Below, piece by piece: positions 48,754-57,517 of a stretch of 64,000 bases of DNA. Position numbers and translations under genes: made by a program. Source of the stretch: an uncultured Chloroflexia bacterium (GTDB lineage: Bacteria; Chloroflexota; Anaerolineae; Anaerolineales; Anaerolineaceae); contig CAWENA010000003.1 of the NCBI GenBank assembly GCA_963810385.1, positions 70,646 through 134,645 of the forward strand, given 5' to 3'. The notes under the pieces were generated by a model. That model saw only the letters and a list, made by a program, of their open reading frames with translations, ran no database searches and was not told where the DNA came from. Each line of letters opens with the position of its first letter. The stretch's first letter is position 1.

Positions 48754-49078
48754 GAAAATCAAACCGTCAGCAATGGCGGTTTTTATTAACAGTCATTGGT
48801 CCCCAAAAGGGGATGATAATCAAATCTCAGTGTCCCTGCCAGAAAATTCAGCTCGCTACGGCGGGCTTTTATTATCCAGCCGTTGGCCCCCGAAAGGGGA
48901 TGATATTCAAATCCCACCCTCCCCGCCAGAAATTCAAACCGTCAGCAATGGCGGTTTTTATTAACAGTCATTTGTCCCCCCCGGGGGGATGATATTCAAA
49001 TACCTTTACAGGCACATGTCCCACCCACACCGCCAGAACAATACCTGCGATATTTCGCAGATTTGTCCGTTAACTTTA
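48731..49078 (+). repeat. Four tandem ~87-89-bp units, each holding a copy or derivative of the tRNA-Ser 3' end, a terminator-like hairpin and a G/C hairpin
   Basis: Units start at 48731, 48819, 48906 and 48995. The first ~74 nt of units 1 and 3 differ at only 2 positions. Confidence 0.75.
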
Positions 49079-49102
49079 TTTTCTTAATCATTAAATGACG
49101 AG

Positions 49103-50545
49103 CTAAATTGCGTTCATTGTTTTTCTACGGATGGATTGCATAACTGATGTGAAAACGATCAATCCATATCCGGATGCGTAAAGAAAAAGCCAGGGAGCAA
49201 ACAAATAATCTCCTAATATCCAGGCAATAATCAACCCAGTAATTGCAAAAAGCATAAAAAAGAATTCCCCGAATCCAATTGGATCATTTACAATAGCATA
49301 GCGGCTCTGTTCCCAGCGTTGCTTAGAGTGATGCACCGCAAACTTGGGTGTGCGCACAAACACACCCTCATTAGTTAAAAACAAACCAAGCAAGGCAGCC
49401 TTGGTGTTATTAACCGATATTCCGATGCTTAATAACAACAGAATGGGGATCAATTTTAGCCTGCCCAGCCAAGAAGGCGCTTCCGGCGCCGGAGATGTCA
49501 GATACAGAAGTGGTGGAACAATGGCAGAGAGCATAAAAAGCGGCGCCCATTGAAAGATCGCCGCATCCTGGATGCGCAATATGATGGACAGCATCAGGGT
49601 TAAAAGGATCAAAGGGTGAACCAGGTAATGGGTTAAATGCAGCGTTCCTGTGATCTTTAACTTTATTGGCAAAGGTGAACGCAAAAGTGGAACCAGGAGC
49701 TTGCGGGCGGTCTGCAAACTTCCCCGCGCCCATCGGGCTTGCTGCTGTTTGAACGCCGCCATCTGGACAGGTAATTCCCCGGGGATAACAAGATCAGGCT
49801 GGTATTCCAACCGCCAACCTTTCATTTGAGCCCGGTAACTCAGGTCAAAGTCTTCTGTCAATGTGCCCGCCTGCCAGCCACCGGCATCCTCTATACACGT
49901 CTTCCGCCATATGCCGCCAGATCCATTGAAGTTCATTAATAATCCACTGCGTGATCGCGCGGTTTGTTCCACCATGAAATGGGCATCAATCGCCATGGCT
50001 TGTAATCGGGTCAGCATCGAGTAATCGCGGTTTAAATGCCCCCAGCGCCCCTGAACGCAGCCGACTGTTGGACCATTGAACCAGGGCAGGCATTTATATA
50101 TGAAGTCTCGCGGGGGAATGAAGTCTGCATCAAAAATTGCGATGAACTCACCGGTTGCTGAATTCATGGCATTGGCCAGGGCGCCCGCTTTGAATCCAGC
50201 CCTTTCTGCGCGATGAATGTGTTCAATGTTGACCCCCTCTTGCCTCAGCGAAGGCAACAAATTGGAGATCACAGAAGTGGTTTCGTCAGTTGAATCATCC
50301 AGGATTTGAATTTGTAACCGTCCACCCGGGTAGTCAATTGCTGCCGTCTCTTTCACCAATCTTTCAATGGTAGTCAGCTCGTTATAAACCGGCAACTGAA
50401 TGGTCACCTGCGGCAGTTCGCCATCAAAAACCGGCTCTGTCCTCTTACCTTTCACGCGGTGATAGATCCACAGCAAATACAGGCTGTGAAGTGAATAAGC
50501 AGCCAGCCAGAAAGTGACGATGATATAGAGAACCGATACTACCAA
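49103..50545 (-). CDS. Processive family-2 glycosyltransferase (cellulose/chitin/glucomannan-synthase-like) with C-terminal TM bundle
   Basis: DDSTD, FDADF, GSGG, and the QQARWARG (QxxRW) motif. Confidence 0.85.
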   Translation of the reverse strand: MVVSVLYIIVTFWLAAYSLHSLYLLWIYHRVKGKRTEPVFDGELPQVTIQLPVYNELTTIERLVKETAAIDYPGGRLQIQILDDSTDETTSVISNLLPSLRQEGVNIEHIHRAERAGFKAGALANAMNSATGEFIAIFDADFIPPRDFIYKCLPWFNGPTVGCVQGRWGHLNRDYSMLTRLQAMAIDAHFMVEQTARSRSGLLMNFNGSGGIWRKTCIEDAGGWQAGTLTEDFDLSYRAQMKGWRLEYQPDLVIPGELPVQMAAFKQQQARWARGSLQTARKLLVPLLRSPLPIKLKITGTLHLTHYLVHPLILLTLMLSIILRIQDAAIFQWAPLFMLSAIVPPLLYLTSPAPEAPSWLGRLKLIPILLLLSIGISVNNTKAALLGLFLTNEGVFVRTPKFAVHHSKQRWEQSRYAIVNDPIGFGEFFFMLFAITGLIIAWILGDYLFAPWLFLYASGYGLIVFTSVMQSIRRKTMNAI

Positions 50546-51045
50546 AGCAGGAAGCCCTTATCTCCCCGCTTCTTGAACCAGGCGCCATCCAATCCAATTG
50601 CACGCCCGGCCTTCGTGAGGAAAACAACGCCAAGGATGCCGATCGGCATTAGATACGCCCATGGCCAATCATGCCCGAATGTGGCAAGGAATGTATTCGC
50701 CAGGAAGAATATTCCAGCCAGGGAAAACAGCCTTGTAAAACCGCCCAGGATCAAAGCCAAACCCAGGGTAAACTCCGCTACCATCTGGAATGGAGCGAAT
50801 ATATGACGTATAGGTAAGATCACCCCATCTATGAAAGCCGCATACCAGGTGAGTGGATTATCTGCCTGTGGAAAAACATTGGTAAAAAAGTGCTGCAGCC
50901 CGTCTGTGGTGTAAAAACCTTTGGATAAATTGCTTGCCCAGGTTGTTAGGATGACCAACCCCACCATGATCCGCAATAATGCCAGCCAGGTTAACGAAGT
51001 CATAGGCTGCTTCTTGAATAAGTATTCCATCTTTTTCTCCTCCAT
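50539..51045 (-). CDS. DoxX-family membrane protein
   Basis: Four TM segments, with LLRIMVG.. and GGFTRL patterns. Confidence 0.65.
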   Translation of the reverse strand: MEEKKMEYLFKKQPMTSLTWLALLRIMVGLVILTTWASNLSKGFYTTDGLQHFFTNVFPQADNPLTWYAAFIDGVILPIRHIFAPFQMVAEFTLGLALILGGFTRLFSLAGIFFLANTFLATFGHDWPWAYLMPIGILGVVFLTKAGRAIGLDGAWFKKRGDKGFLLW

Positions 51046-51117
51046 CCCTTACAAAAATATTTTAAGTAATAATTCTGCCCCTGATATCAGTATATGAGAT
51101 ATCCATACTATTTGACA

Positions 51118-52517
51118 TCATCCGTGCAGGGTTTCGCTTTTCATCCGGCTGTTAATTGCAGACCATATCACTAATCCATACAACGGAAGGTATTCCACCC
51201 ATGTGAACCAAACAGGAACATCTGCAGTTTGTCCAAGTCCATAAGCCAGGTAGGTAAGGATGACAACCATTGAAAAATATGTGACTGGTATGATCCAATA
51301 AATGATCCTCGGGCGATCATTCCGTGCGGGTATGAAGAATGGGGTGAATGGAATCAGGATGGTGACATACCAGGGATGCACCGTGGGGGAGAGCAATAGA
51401 AATGCGCCGAACGGGAGAAGCGATAACCGAATCAACCTCCGCCCTCTTCTGGCAGGGTCCTCGCCGGATTGGTCAAACCGCCAGGCTTTGATGGTGCTCC
51501 ACGCCAGTACGATTACCAAGGATGCTCCGGCGATCAATCGCACTATCACCCCGATCATTTCTTTCTTGGCATGGAAAAGCTCCGCAATTTTGTAGATCGG
51601 TCCAGCATTGAATTGCCAGTACTGCGAATAGATGCGAATGGCGCCAAATAAGCCGCGGCCGTCCAACTCTCCGAATAACCCCCAGCCAGCGCCTGTTGCA
51701 AATACCGTCAAAGCAGCACTGCTCAACAAGGCAAGAATGATCAGCCCGGCCGCTTTCCAGCGTCGTAACCAGAGCGGGATGATGATTATGGGCAAGCCCT
51801 TTGTCAGAGCAGCCAGTGTCATGGTGATGACCGACAACCAGTGTCTTTATTATTGTTCAAGACCAATAACCAGGAGAGCATTGTCAGGAACATCATCAAG
51901 GCTTCCAGGTGAGCGCCGTGTGCAAATTCAACAATGACCAGCGGATTCCACAGGTAGAGCAATACCGCTTTTGGATCCAGCTTTAATTTAAGCAAAATGA
52001 GATAGACCATCAACCCGGTGAGTAGATCGAAGACCAGAGCAGAGATCTGGTAAGCCTTGATCTGCTGGGGAGCAATGGTTTCCACCAGCCAAAAGTACCC
52101 CTGGGCTGCGGGCAGATAAGGGGATGCCATCCAGGAATGATTTACGCTTTCACGCAAAGACGTATCAAATTGATCCAGCAGTGGGGATTCGACAACTTCA
52201 GCGTACGGATTGATACCCTGCTTTAATAAATGCCCGTCCCATAGATAGCGGTAGCCATCATCGGAAAGGGTGGGGGTTGTGCCTAAAAGGATCAACCGGG
52301 CGATGATCGCCACACCCCAGATAAATTGTAAAGAGATGTGCAGCCTGCGGATGAATATGATCGCAATAATATAAGCCAAAGCAGCCAGGCCGAAACAGAG
52401 GAAGAACCAGTGTAGGTTTTCCCCTCGTAGAGTAGGTAGAAAGAGCAATGGGATGAACGCACCGGAGAGTGTCAAACCCGCTGCCCATACTTTTTGGTCT
52501 GTTCGGGTAAACTTCAC
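51118..52517 (-). pseudogene. Polytopic GT-C-like membrane glycosyltransferase (DUF2029/GT87-like) split into two overlapping ORFs by a frameshift
   Basis: ORFs 51819-52517 and 51118-51837 overlap by 19 nt in different frames, and both are polytopic. The N-terminal ORF has SDDGYRYLWDG..GINPY. The junction lies at AATAATAAAGA. Confidence 0.55.
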
Positions 52518-53203
52518 TTGGTTGGCTTTCGCAAATGGGGATGCATATCAAAGAAGCTGCGTGAATGGACCAATCTGTCTGATGGCAGCATATCCAATTC
52601 CATTGCCAGCCGGGCAGCATCGGAAGCAGTATCCACGTCAAACCAGGCAGGGAGCATTGCAAAACTTAAATGAAGCGATTGCAGCTTTGCAAGTGTTTGC
52701 GCAAGCACCCGTCCGGTGCTCCAATCTATACCGGTGAAAACTTCAGGGATCTCCTTTTTTAATCCGATCAAATAGTACCCGCCATCTTCTCCTGGTCCTA
52801 TCACAGCATCATTTTCGTCAAGCAGTCGGATCGACTGATACAGATATTCCTGAGGCAAAGAAGGGCCATCAGAATTAATGGCCAGTACCTTTTTATGTCC
52901 TTCTTTTAGCAGTATCCCAATGGTTTGGTTCAAACATTGTCCTATATCCCGGCCCCCTACAGGTAATAATCTTGTGCCATCAGGAGATTTTATTTTAAAA
53001 TAAGGTACCGATTGGATGGGGGTGATTGCAACCCCAAATTGGACTCCCGTCACGTTTCCAGCCAGGGCAAATGTATCCAACAACATCGCCTCATAGAAAC
53101 TGGCAGCCTGCTCATAGCTGAAGGGTGGGCAAAGCCTGGTTTTCGTGATGCCCACCTCTGGCATTTTTGCCATGACAACCAGGGCGGTGTCAGGTTGTGT
53201 CAT
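52514..53203 (-). CDS. DUF2064 (TIGR04282-like) nucleotidyl/glycosyl-transferase-like protein
   Basis: VVMAKMPEVGITKTRL opening and DGGYYLIG motif. Confidence 0.75.
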   Translation of the reverse strand: MTQPDTALVVMAKMPEVGITKTRLCPPFSYEQAASFYEAMLLDTFALAGNVTGVQFGVAITPIQSVPYFKIKSPDGTRLLPVGGRDIGQCLNQTIGILLKEGHKKVLAINSDGPSLPQEYLYQSIRLLDENDAVIGPGEDGGYYLIGLKKEIPEVFTGIDWSTGRVLAQTLAKLQSLHLSFAMLPAWFDVDTASDAARLAMELDMLPSDRLVHSRSFFDMHPHLRKPTK

Positions 53204-53890
53204 TCATCCTCCCGCATACTTGAAAATAAGACGGAAGATATGATACGCCGCCAGGAACGTGCCACGAACTGTACCAGTGATCTTTGATTTTCCGCCCATC
53301 CTGGCATGATATGAAACCGGAATTTCTACGATCCTCCATTTTTGAAGGGCTGCCTTGGCGATCATCTCTGTGGGAAATCCATAGGTCATTTCTTCTAGAT
53401 TAAGTCCGATGATCATTTCCCTTTTTCCGGCTCTGAATGGGCTAAGATCAGTGATGGGAAGATGATAGATCAGGCGGAACATGAAAGCAGCCATCACATT
53501 TCCCGTCCATTGGGTCCAGGGCATCGCATTTCTATCCATCTTTCCAGCCAGGCGTGAACCTAACACCAGGTCGGCTTGTCCATTGCTGATCGGAAGTAAT
53601 AGATCTGGCAAATGTCGCGGATCATCCGCCCCGTCCGCGTCCAGAAAGACAACGATTGCCGATCTGGCAGCGAGTAAACCCTTATGACAGGCCATCCCAT
53701 ACCCGCGCCTGGACTCGTGAATCACACAGGCACCCGCTTGTTCAGCAATGGCGACTGTATCATCAGTGGAACCGCCATCCACAACGATGATCTCATTCGC
53801 GCAGTCTCGTGGAATCGAGGAAATGACATAAGCGATACTTTCCGCTTCGTTTAAAGTCGGTATGACAATGCTGGCTTTACCTATTATCAT
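53204..53890 (-). CDS. Family-2 glycosyltransferase (dolichyl-phosphate sugar synthase-like)
   Basis: IVIPTLNE, VVDGGSTD, FLDADG. Confidence 0.85.
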   Translation of the reverse strand: MIIGKASIVIPTLNEAESIAYVISSIPRDCANEIIVVDGGSTDDTVAIAEQAGACVIHESRRGYGMACHKGLLAARSAIVVFLDADGADDPRHLPDLLLPISNGQADLVLGSRLAGKMDRNAMPWTQWTGNVMAAFMFRLIYHLPITDLSPFRAGKREMIIGLNLEEMTYGFPTEMIAKAALQKWRIVEIPVSYHARMGGKSKITGTVRGTFLAAYHIFRLIFKYAGG

Positions 53891-53923
53891 AAATGAGCCT
53901 TCCGACCGAAGGAAGCCCTACCC

Positions 53924-54721
53924 TCAGGTGAAGGTTTTAAGCGGACCGGATTCGCCCTTTTGGTAGGCAAGAAGCTGGCTGGATACAATTTTTAACGCTT
54001 CTGTTAGTGGGAAAGTGTCATGGGTGACCAGCATATTATCCCGCGTCGCCAACGGGTGCCAGTAAATGCCATCGACATTTGCAGTGATTTCAGGCGCCAG
54101 GTTATCCATCCGTATTTCAATACCTTCATCAGAAAACCCGCATTTGGCGAGTGGACGGATAAAGTGATCCTTTTCCGGTATTCCGATGGATAGATGATAG
54201 GCACATATTTCATCAAGATGGGCGGTGTTGGCGGGTGTCTCAGTTGTGGAAAGCCGCACCTGGAAGCCGTTCTCCTGAAGGACCTGAATACCTTCAATGG
54301 TCTTGATCCAGGTGCCTACTCCCCGATAGGAATCATGCGGCTCTGCACTGCCGCCATCCAGACTGACCTGGATGATCAAATTGTCATTCAAGATATCTTT
54401 TAATTTTTCCAAGCGCTTATTATTCAACAACATGGCGTTTGTCAGAAGAATGGTTTGAAGGTGTGCAGAGGAATAAGCCAGCATTTCGTAGATCTCGTCC
54501 AGAATTAGGGGTTCTCCACCGGTAAAAAATACACTGGTAATGCCCGCCTGGTTAGCTTCATCCACGAGTTTCTTAACAACGTCCAGGCTGATGGCACGGC
54601 GCAGAGCAATTGGGCTGGATTCAGCAACACAATACGAACAACGTAAATTGCAATCGTAATTGGTATAAATCCACAATTTTCCCGATTTTGTTGGATCCAT
54701 CTCGTTTACGGCATAGTTCAT
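53924..54721 (-). CDS. Radical SAM protein
   Basis: CNLRCSYC (CxxxCxxC) and GGEPL. Confidence 0.8.
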   Translation of the reverse strand: MNYAVNEMDPTKSGKLWIYTNYDCNLRCSYCVAESSPIALRRAISLDVVKKLVDEANQAGITSVFFTGGEPLILDEIYEMLAYSSAHLQTILLTNAMLLNNKRLEKLKDILNDNLIIQVSLDGGSAEPHDSYRGVGTWIKTIEGIQVLQENGFQVRLSTTETPANTAHLDEICAYHLSIGIPEKDHFIRPLAKCGFSDEGIEIRMDNLAPEITANVDGIYWHPLATRDNMLVTHDTFPLTEALKIVSSQLLAYQKGESGPLKTFT

Positions 54722-54847
54722 AAGTTTAATCCTTTAGATATATACATATTCATTATAAGAGATTCCCGCTATGGATGCAGGTGGTTGTCAAAGACCAGGA
54801 GTTTTCCATGGGCGGGAAAATCTGGGCCAAATCGTTAAAATTGGTTA

Positions 54848-54906
54848 TTGACAACCGCCAGAAAATGTTATAAACTATTGTTACCGTTCATGTGACCGGT
54901 AACAAT
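54848..54906 (+). promoter_or_regulatory. Putative sigma-70 promoter plus a 10-bp inverted repeat (candidate LacI operator) ahead of the LacI gene
   Basis: TTGACA at 54848-54853 and TAAACT at 54871-54876, 17-nt spacer. ATTGTTACCG (54877-54886) and CGGTAACAAT (54897-54906) are separated by 10 nt. Confidence 0.5.
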
Positions 54907-54966
54907 CATCCAAACTACCATAAATTGATTCTATCAAGGCGAAACTTGAAGAAAAAAAACCCCACA

Positions 54967-55959
54967 ATGCGAGATGTAGCTGCCCTGGCTAAAGTTTCTC
55001 ACCAGACAGTTTCGCGCGTCATCAATGGCGATCCGCACGTCACACCTGAAACTCATGATAAAGTGGAACGCGCTATCAGCCAGTTGGAATACCTGCCCAA
55101 CGCCATCGCCCGATCCATGGCCCAGGGGAAAAGTTGCATGCTGGCTTCTATTGCGCCAAACATGGTTGACTTCACCTTTGCCAGCAACCAGGAAGGCGCC
55201 GAATTCGAAGCCCGCCAATCGGGTTATTTCCTGGTTACCTCCTCTGCTCCCACAGAAAAAGATTTTGAAGCGCTCGTGGATGAATTGATCGGTCATCGCC
55301 GTGTCGATGGCATTGTTGTCTTCAACCCTTACCTGGATCACCGTCATACCTTGCTTCCCCGCGATATCCCGCTTGTTTACTGCGGTGGACGGGCGCGGGA
55401 TGATATTCGTTATTCAGTGTATCTGGATAATAAAGCAGGCGCGGAGACAGCCACCAATCACCTGCTGGAATTAGGCCACACAAAAATTGGAGAAATTACA
55501 GGCCCACTTGTAGAAGACTGTGCACAGGAACGACATCAAGGATTTTCAAGCGCCCTCACCCGTTACAAAATGGATGGCAAGGTGGTCCAATGCGTTGAAG
55601 GGGATTGGTCCGCGACGAGCGGTTATCAAGCATTCCAAACCTGGCTAGCGAATGGAGAATTACCAACGGCCATTTTTGCTCATAATGATCGCATGGCGAT
55701 AGGCGTGATCAGCGCGGCACGTGATGCCGGAATTCGTGTCCCGGAACAAGTTTCTGTCATTGGCTTCGATGATATGCCGCTTGCATCGTATTTTGACCCC
55801 CCCCTAACCACAATCCGGCAGGACACTTTCATGCTTGGCCGTGAAGCAGTTAAATTATTGCTCCAAATTATTGAAAAACCTGGTCTTCCTTCGCAGCATA
55901 TTTGTTTTCCATGCGAATTAATTAACCGCAAATCAACATCAGTACCTGAGAGGAGGTGA
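54967..55959 (+). CDS. LacI-family transcriptional regulator
   Basis: [24 protein letters not shown] and a periplasmic-binding-protein-like core. The longer ORF starts at 54892. Confidence 0.9.
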   Translation: MRDVAALAKVSHQTVSRVINGDPHVTPETHDKVERAISQLEYLPNAIARSMAQGKSCMLASIAPNMVDFTFASNQEGAEFEARQSGYFLVTSSAPTEKDFEALVDELIGHRRVDGIVVFNPYLDHRHTLLPRDIPLVYCGGRARDDIRYSVYLDNKAGAETATNHLLELGHTKIGEITGPLVEDCAQERHQGFSSALTRYKMDGKVVQCVEGDWSATSGYQAFQTWLANGELPTAIFAHNDRMAIGVISAARDAGIRVPEQVSVIGFDDMPLASYFDPPLTTIRQDTFMLGREAVKLLLQIIEKPGLPSQHICFPCELINRKSTSVPERR

Positions 55960-56032
55960 TTGTTTTACAAATATCCACAGCAAGTTTTCTGAAAGTTTTC
56001 TAATTGACCAATCAGAAATATGAGGAGAAAAA

Positions 56033-57430
56033 ATGTCTAAAAAGTTATATGTTTTTGCAAGCATCATCATCCTGGCAGCAATGATCCTGGCTGCCTGTGC
56101 GCCTGCGGCTGCCCCCGTTGAACCCGCTGCCCCGGCTGAACCTGCTCCTGCCGAGCCAGCCGCTCCTGCAGCCCCAGCAGAACCTGCCGCACCTGCGGCA
56201 CCAGCCATGGAAGAAATAACCCTCCGCTGGCGAACCCGCCCGGATAACCAGGCAGAGATCGATGTTTACTCTGCGGTCAGCGCGGATCTCGATGCAGCCA
56301 TGGATAACGTCACTCTTGAATACGAACCAGGTGGTTCTGAATCCTCCAGTTATCAGGATGTCTTAAAGACCGAGATCGGCGCCGGAACAGCGCCCGATGT
56401 CTTCTGGATTCCCGGAACCGACATTGCAGATTTCGCCACCCGTGGTTTGATCATGGACTTGAAAGGTATGGCTGATGCCACACCAGATTTCAACGCAGCA
56501 GATTTCTACCCCGGACCAATGTACCACCTCACCTACAGTCCCGAAAAGAACATGACTGGTGAAGCCCTCTGGGGACTTCCACGAGATGTCTCGACCTTTG
56601 TTCTATACCTGAACCTGGATTTGATCGCTGAAGCCGGCGCAGATGACCCGCGCGAACTTGCCAAAGAAGGTAAATGGACCTGGGATGCTTTCCTGGATGT
56701 TTCCAAAAAGATCAGCGCCCTCGGCACTGATGTTTATGGATACGGCGCAAACGCCTGGTGGGGTCCATACGGTGTCTGGATCAACTCTGCAGGCGGCGGT
56801 TTCTTTAGCGAAGATCGAACAGCTTGCGCGCTGGATACTCCGGAATCGATAGCTGGCCTAACGTTTGAGCGTCAACTTTATGTCGACGAAAAAGTGGCTG
56901 TTCCCTATGGTGAAGATAGCGAACCTCCATTCATGGCCGGAAAAGTTGGCATGTTCCAGAACGGCCGCTGGGCAACACCCGGCGTCCGCGCCAATGCTAA
57001 TTTTAACTGGGATGTCGTAGAATTGCCAGCCGGCGCAAACGGCCAGGGTAACTGGTTATTCTGGGGCGCGTATGTCGTAAATGCCAAGACCCAACACCCC
57101 GAAGAAGCGTGGAAACTGATGCAAATGTTAACCACGGCTGAAACCCAGGGCAAGATCTCCGCGCTTGGCACCAATATCCCAAGCCGTGTCAGTCAATCCG
57201 CCCTGGATGCATTCCTGACCTTCACTCCTCCCGCCAATAACCAGGCATTCCTGAACGGTATCGCAGATAACAATATGCCTACCGCCGAAGGCCCGCTGTG
57301 GGCTGGAAGCTGGCCAAATTATGACTCCATCATGGGACCGATGATCTCCAAAGTCCTCAATGGTGAAATGACCATCGAGGATTACCAGAAGAGTATCTGC
57401 GTCGAAGCAAACAAAGCCTTCCAGCAGTAA
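56033..57430 (+). CDS. Sugar ABC transporter substrate-binding lipoprotein with a Pro/Ala-rich linker
   Basis: LAAC lipobox, a PAAPAEP-type linker, and a family-1 solute-binding fold. Confidence 0.9.
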   Translation: MSKKLYVFASIIILAAMILAACAPAAAPVEPAAPAEPAPAEPAAPAAPAEPAAPAAPAMEEITLRWRTRPDNQAEIDVYSAVSADLDAAMDNVTLEYEPGGSESSSYQDVLKTEIGAGTAPDVFWIPGTDIADFATRGLIMDLKGMADATPDFNAADFYPGPMYHLTYSPEKNMTGEALWGLPRDVSTFVLYLNLDLIAEAGADDPRELAKEGKWTWDAFLDVSKKISALGTDVYGYGANAWWGPYGVWINSAGGGFFSEDRTACALDTPESIAGLTFERQLYVDEKVAVPYGEDSEPPFMAGKVGMFQNGRWATPGVRANANFNWDVVELPAGANGQGNWLFWGAYVVNAKTQHPEEAWKLMQMLTTAETQGKISALGTNIPSRVSQSALDAFLTFTPPANNQAFLNGIADNNMPTAEGPLWAGSWPNYDSIMGPMISKVLNGEMTIEDYQKSICVEANKAFQQ

Positions 57431-57445
57431 ACGAATACCTCCAAA

Positions 57446-57473
57446 GATACCTCCCCGCACGCGGGGAGGTATC
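57446..57473 (+). other. Strong intercistronic hairpin after the binding-protein gene
   Basis: GATACCTCCCCG / CGGGGAGGTATC perfect 12-bp stem with a 4-nt loop. No T tract follows. Confidence 0.8.
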
Positions 57474-57517
57474 ACTTATACTCTTGGAAAATACCTGCCT
57501 GTTCCCTGGAGGTCACC

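Noticed and set aside
48701-48992. Track ORFs of 87-88 aa across the tRNA-derived tandem repeats
   Set aside because: Their repetitive translations (..PKGDD.Q..) simply mirror the DNA repeat. They overlap a tRNA gene and lack ribosome-binding sites.
53891-53926. The radical SAM gene ends in TGA followed by GGG TAG and a small hairpin (CCTTC-GGTCG-GAAGG on the minus strand), considered as a possible C-terminal Sec-Gly tail
   Set aside because: Read-through would add only two residues, there is no Cys partner nearby, and the stem is only 5 bp. The protein also lacks the Cys-rich C-terminal domain in which related radical SAM enzymes carry Sec. An ordinary stop is the simpler reading.
56090-56215. 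Repetitive GC-rich stretch that looks like a tandem DNA repeat
   Set aside because: It is in frame inside the binding-protein gene and encodes a Pro/Ala/Glu-rich linker after the lipobox. A similar linker occurs in the DsbA-like lipoprotein (about 12650-12790). It is a coding low-complexity region, not a CRISPR array or satellite.
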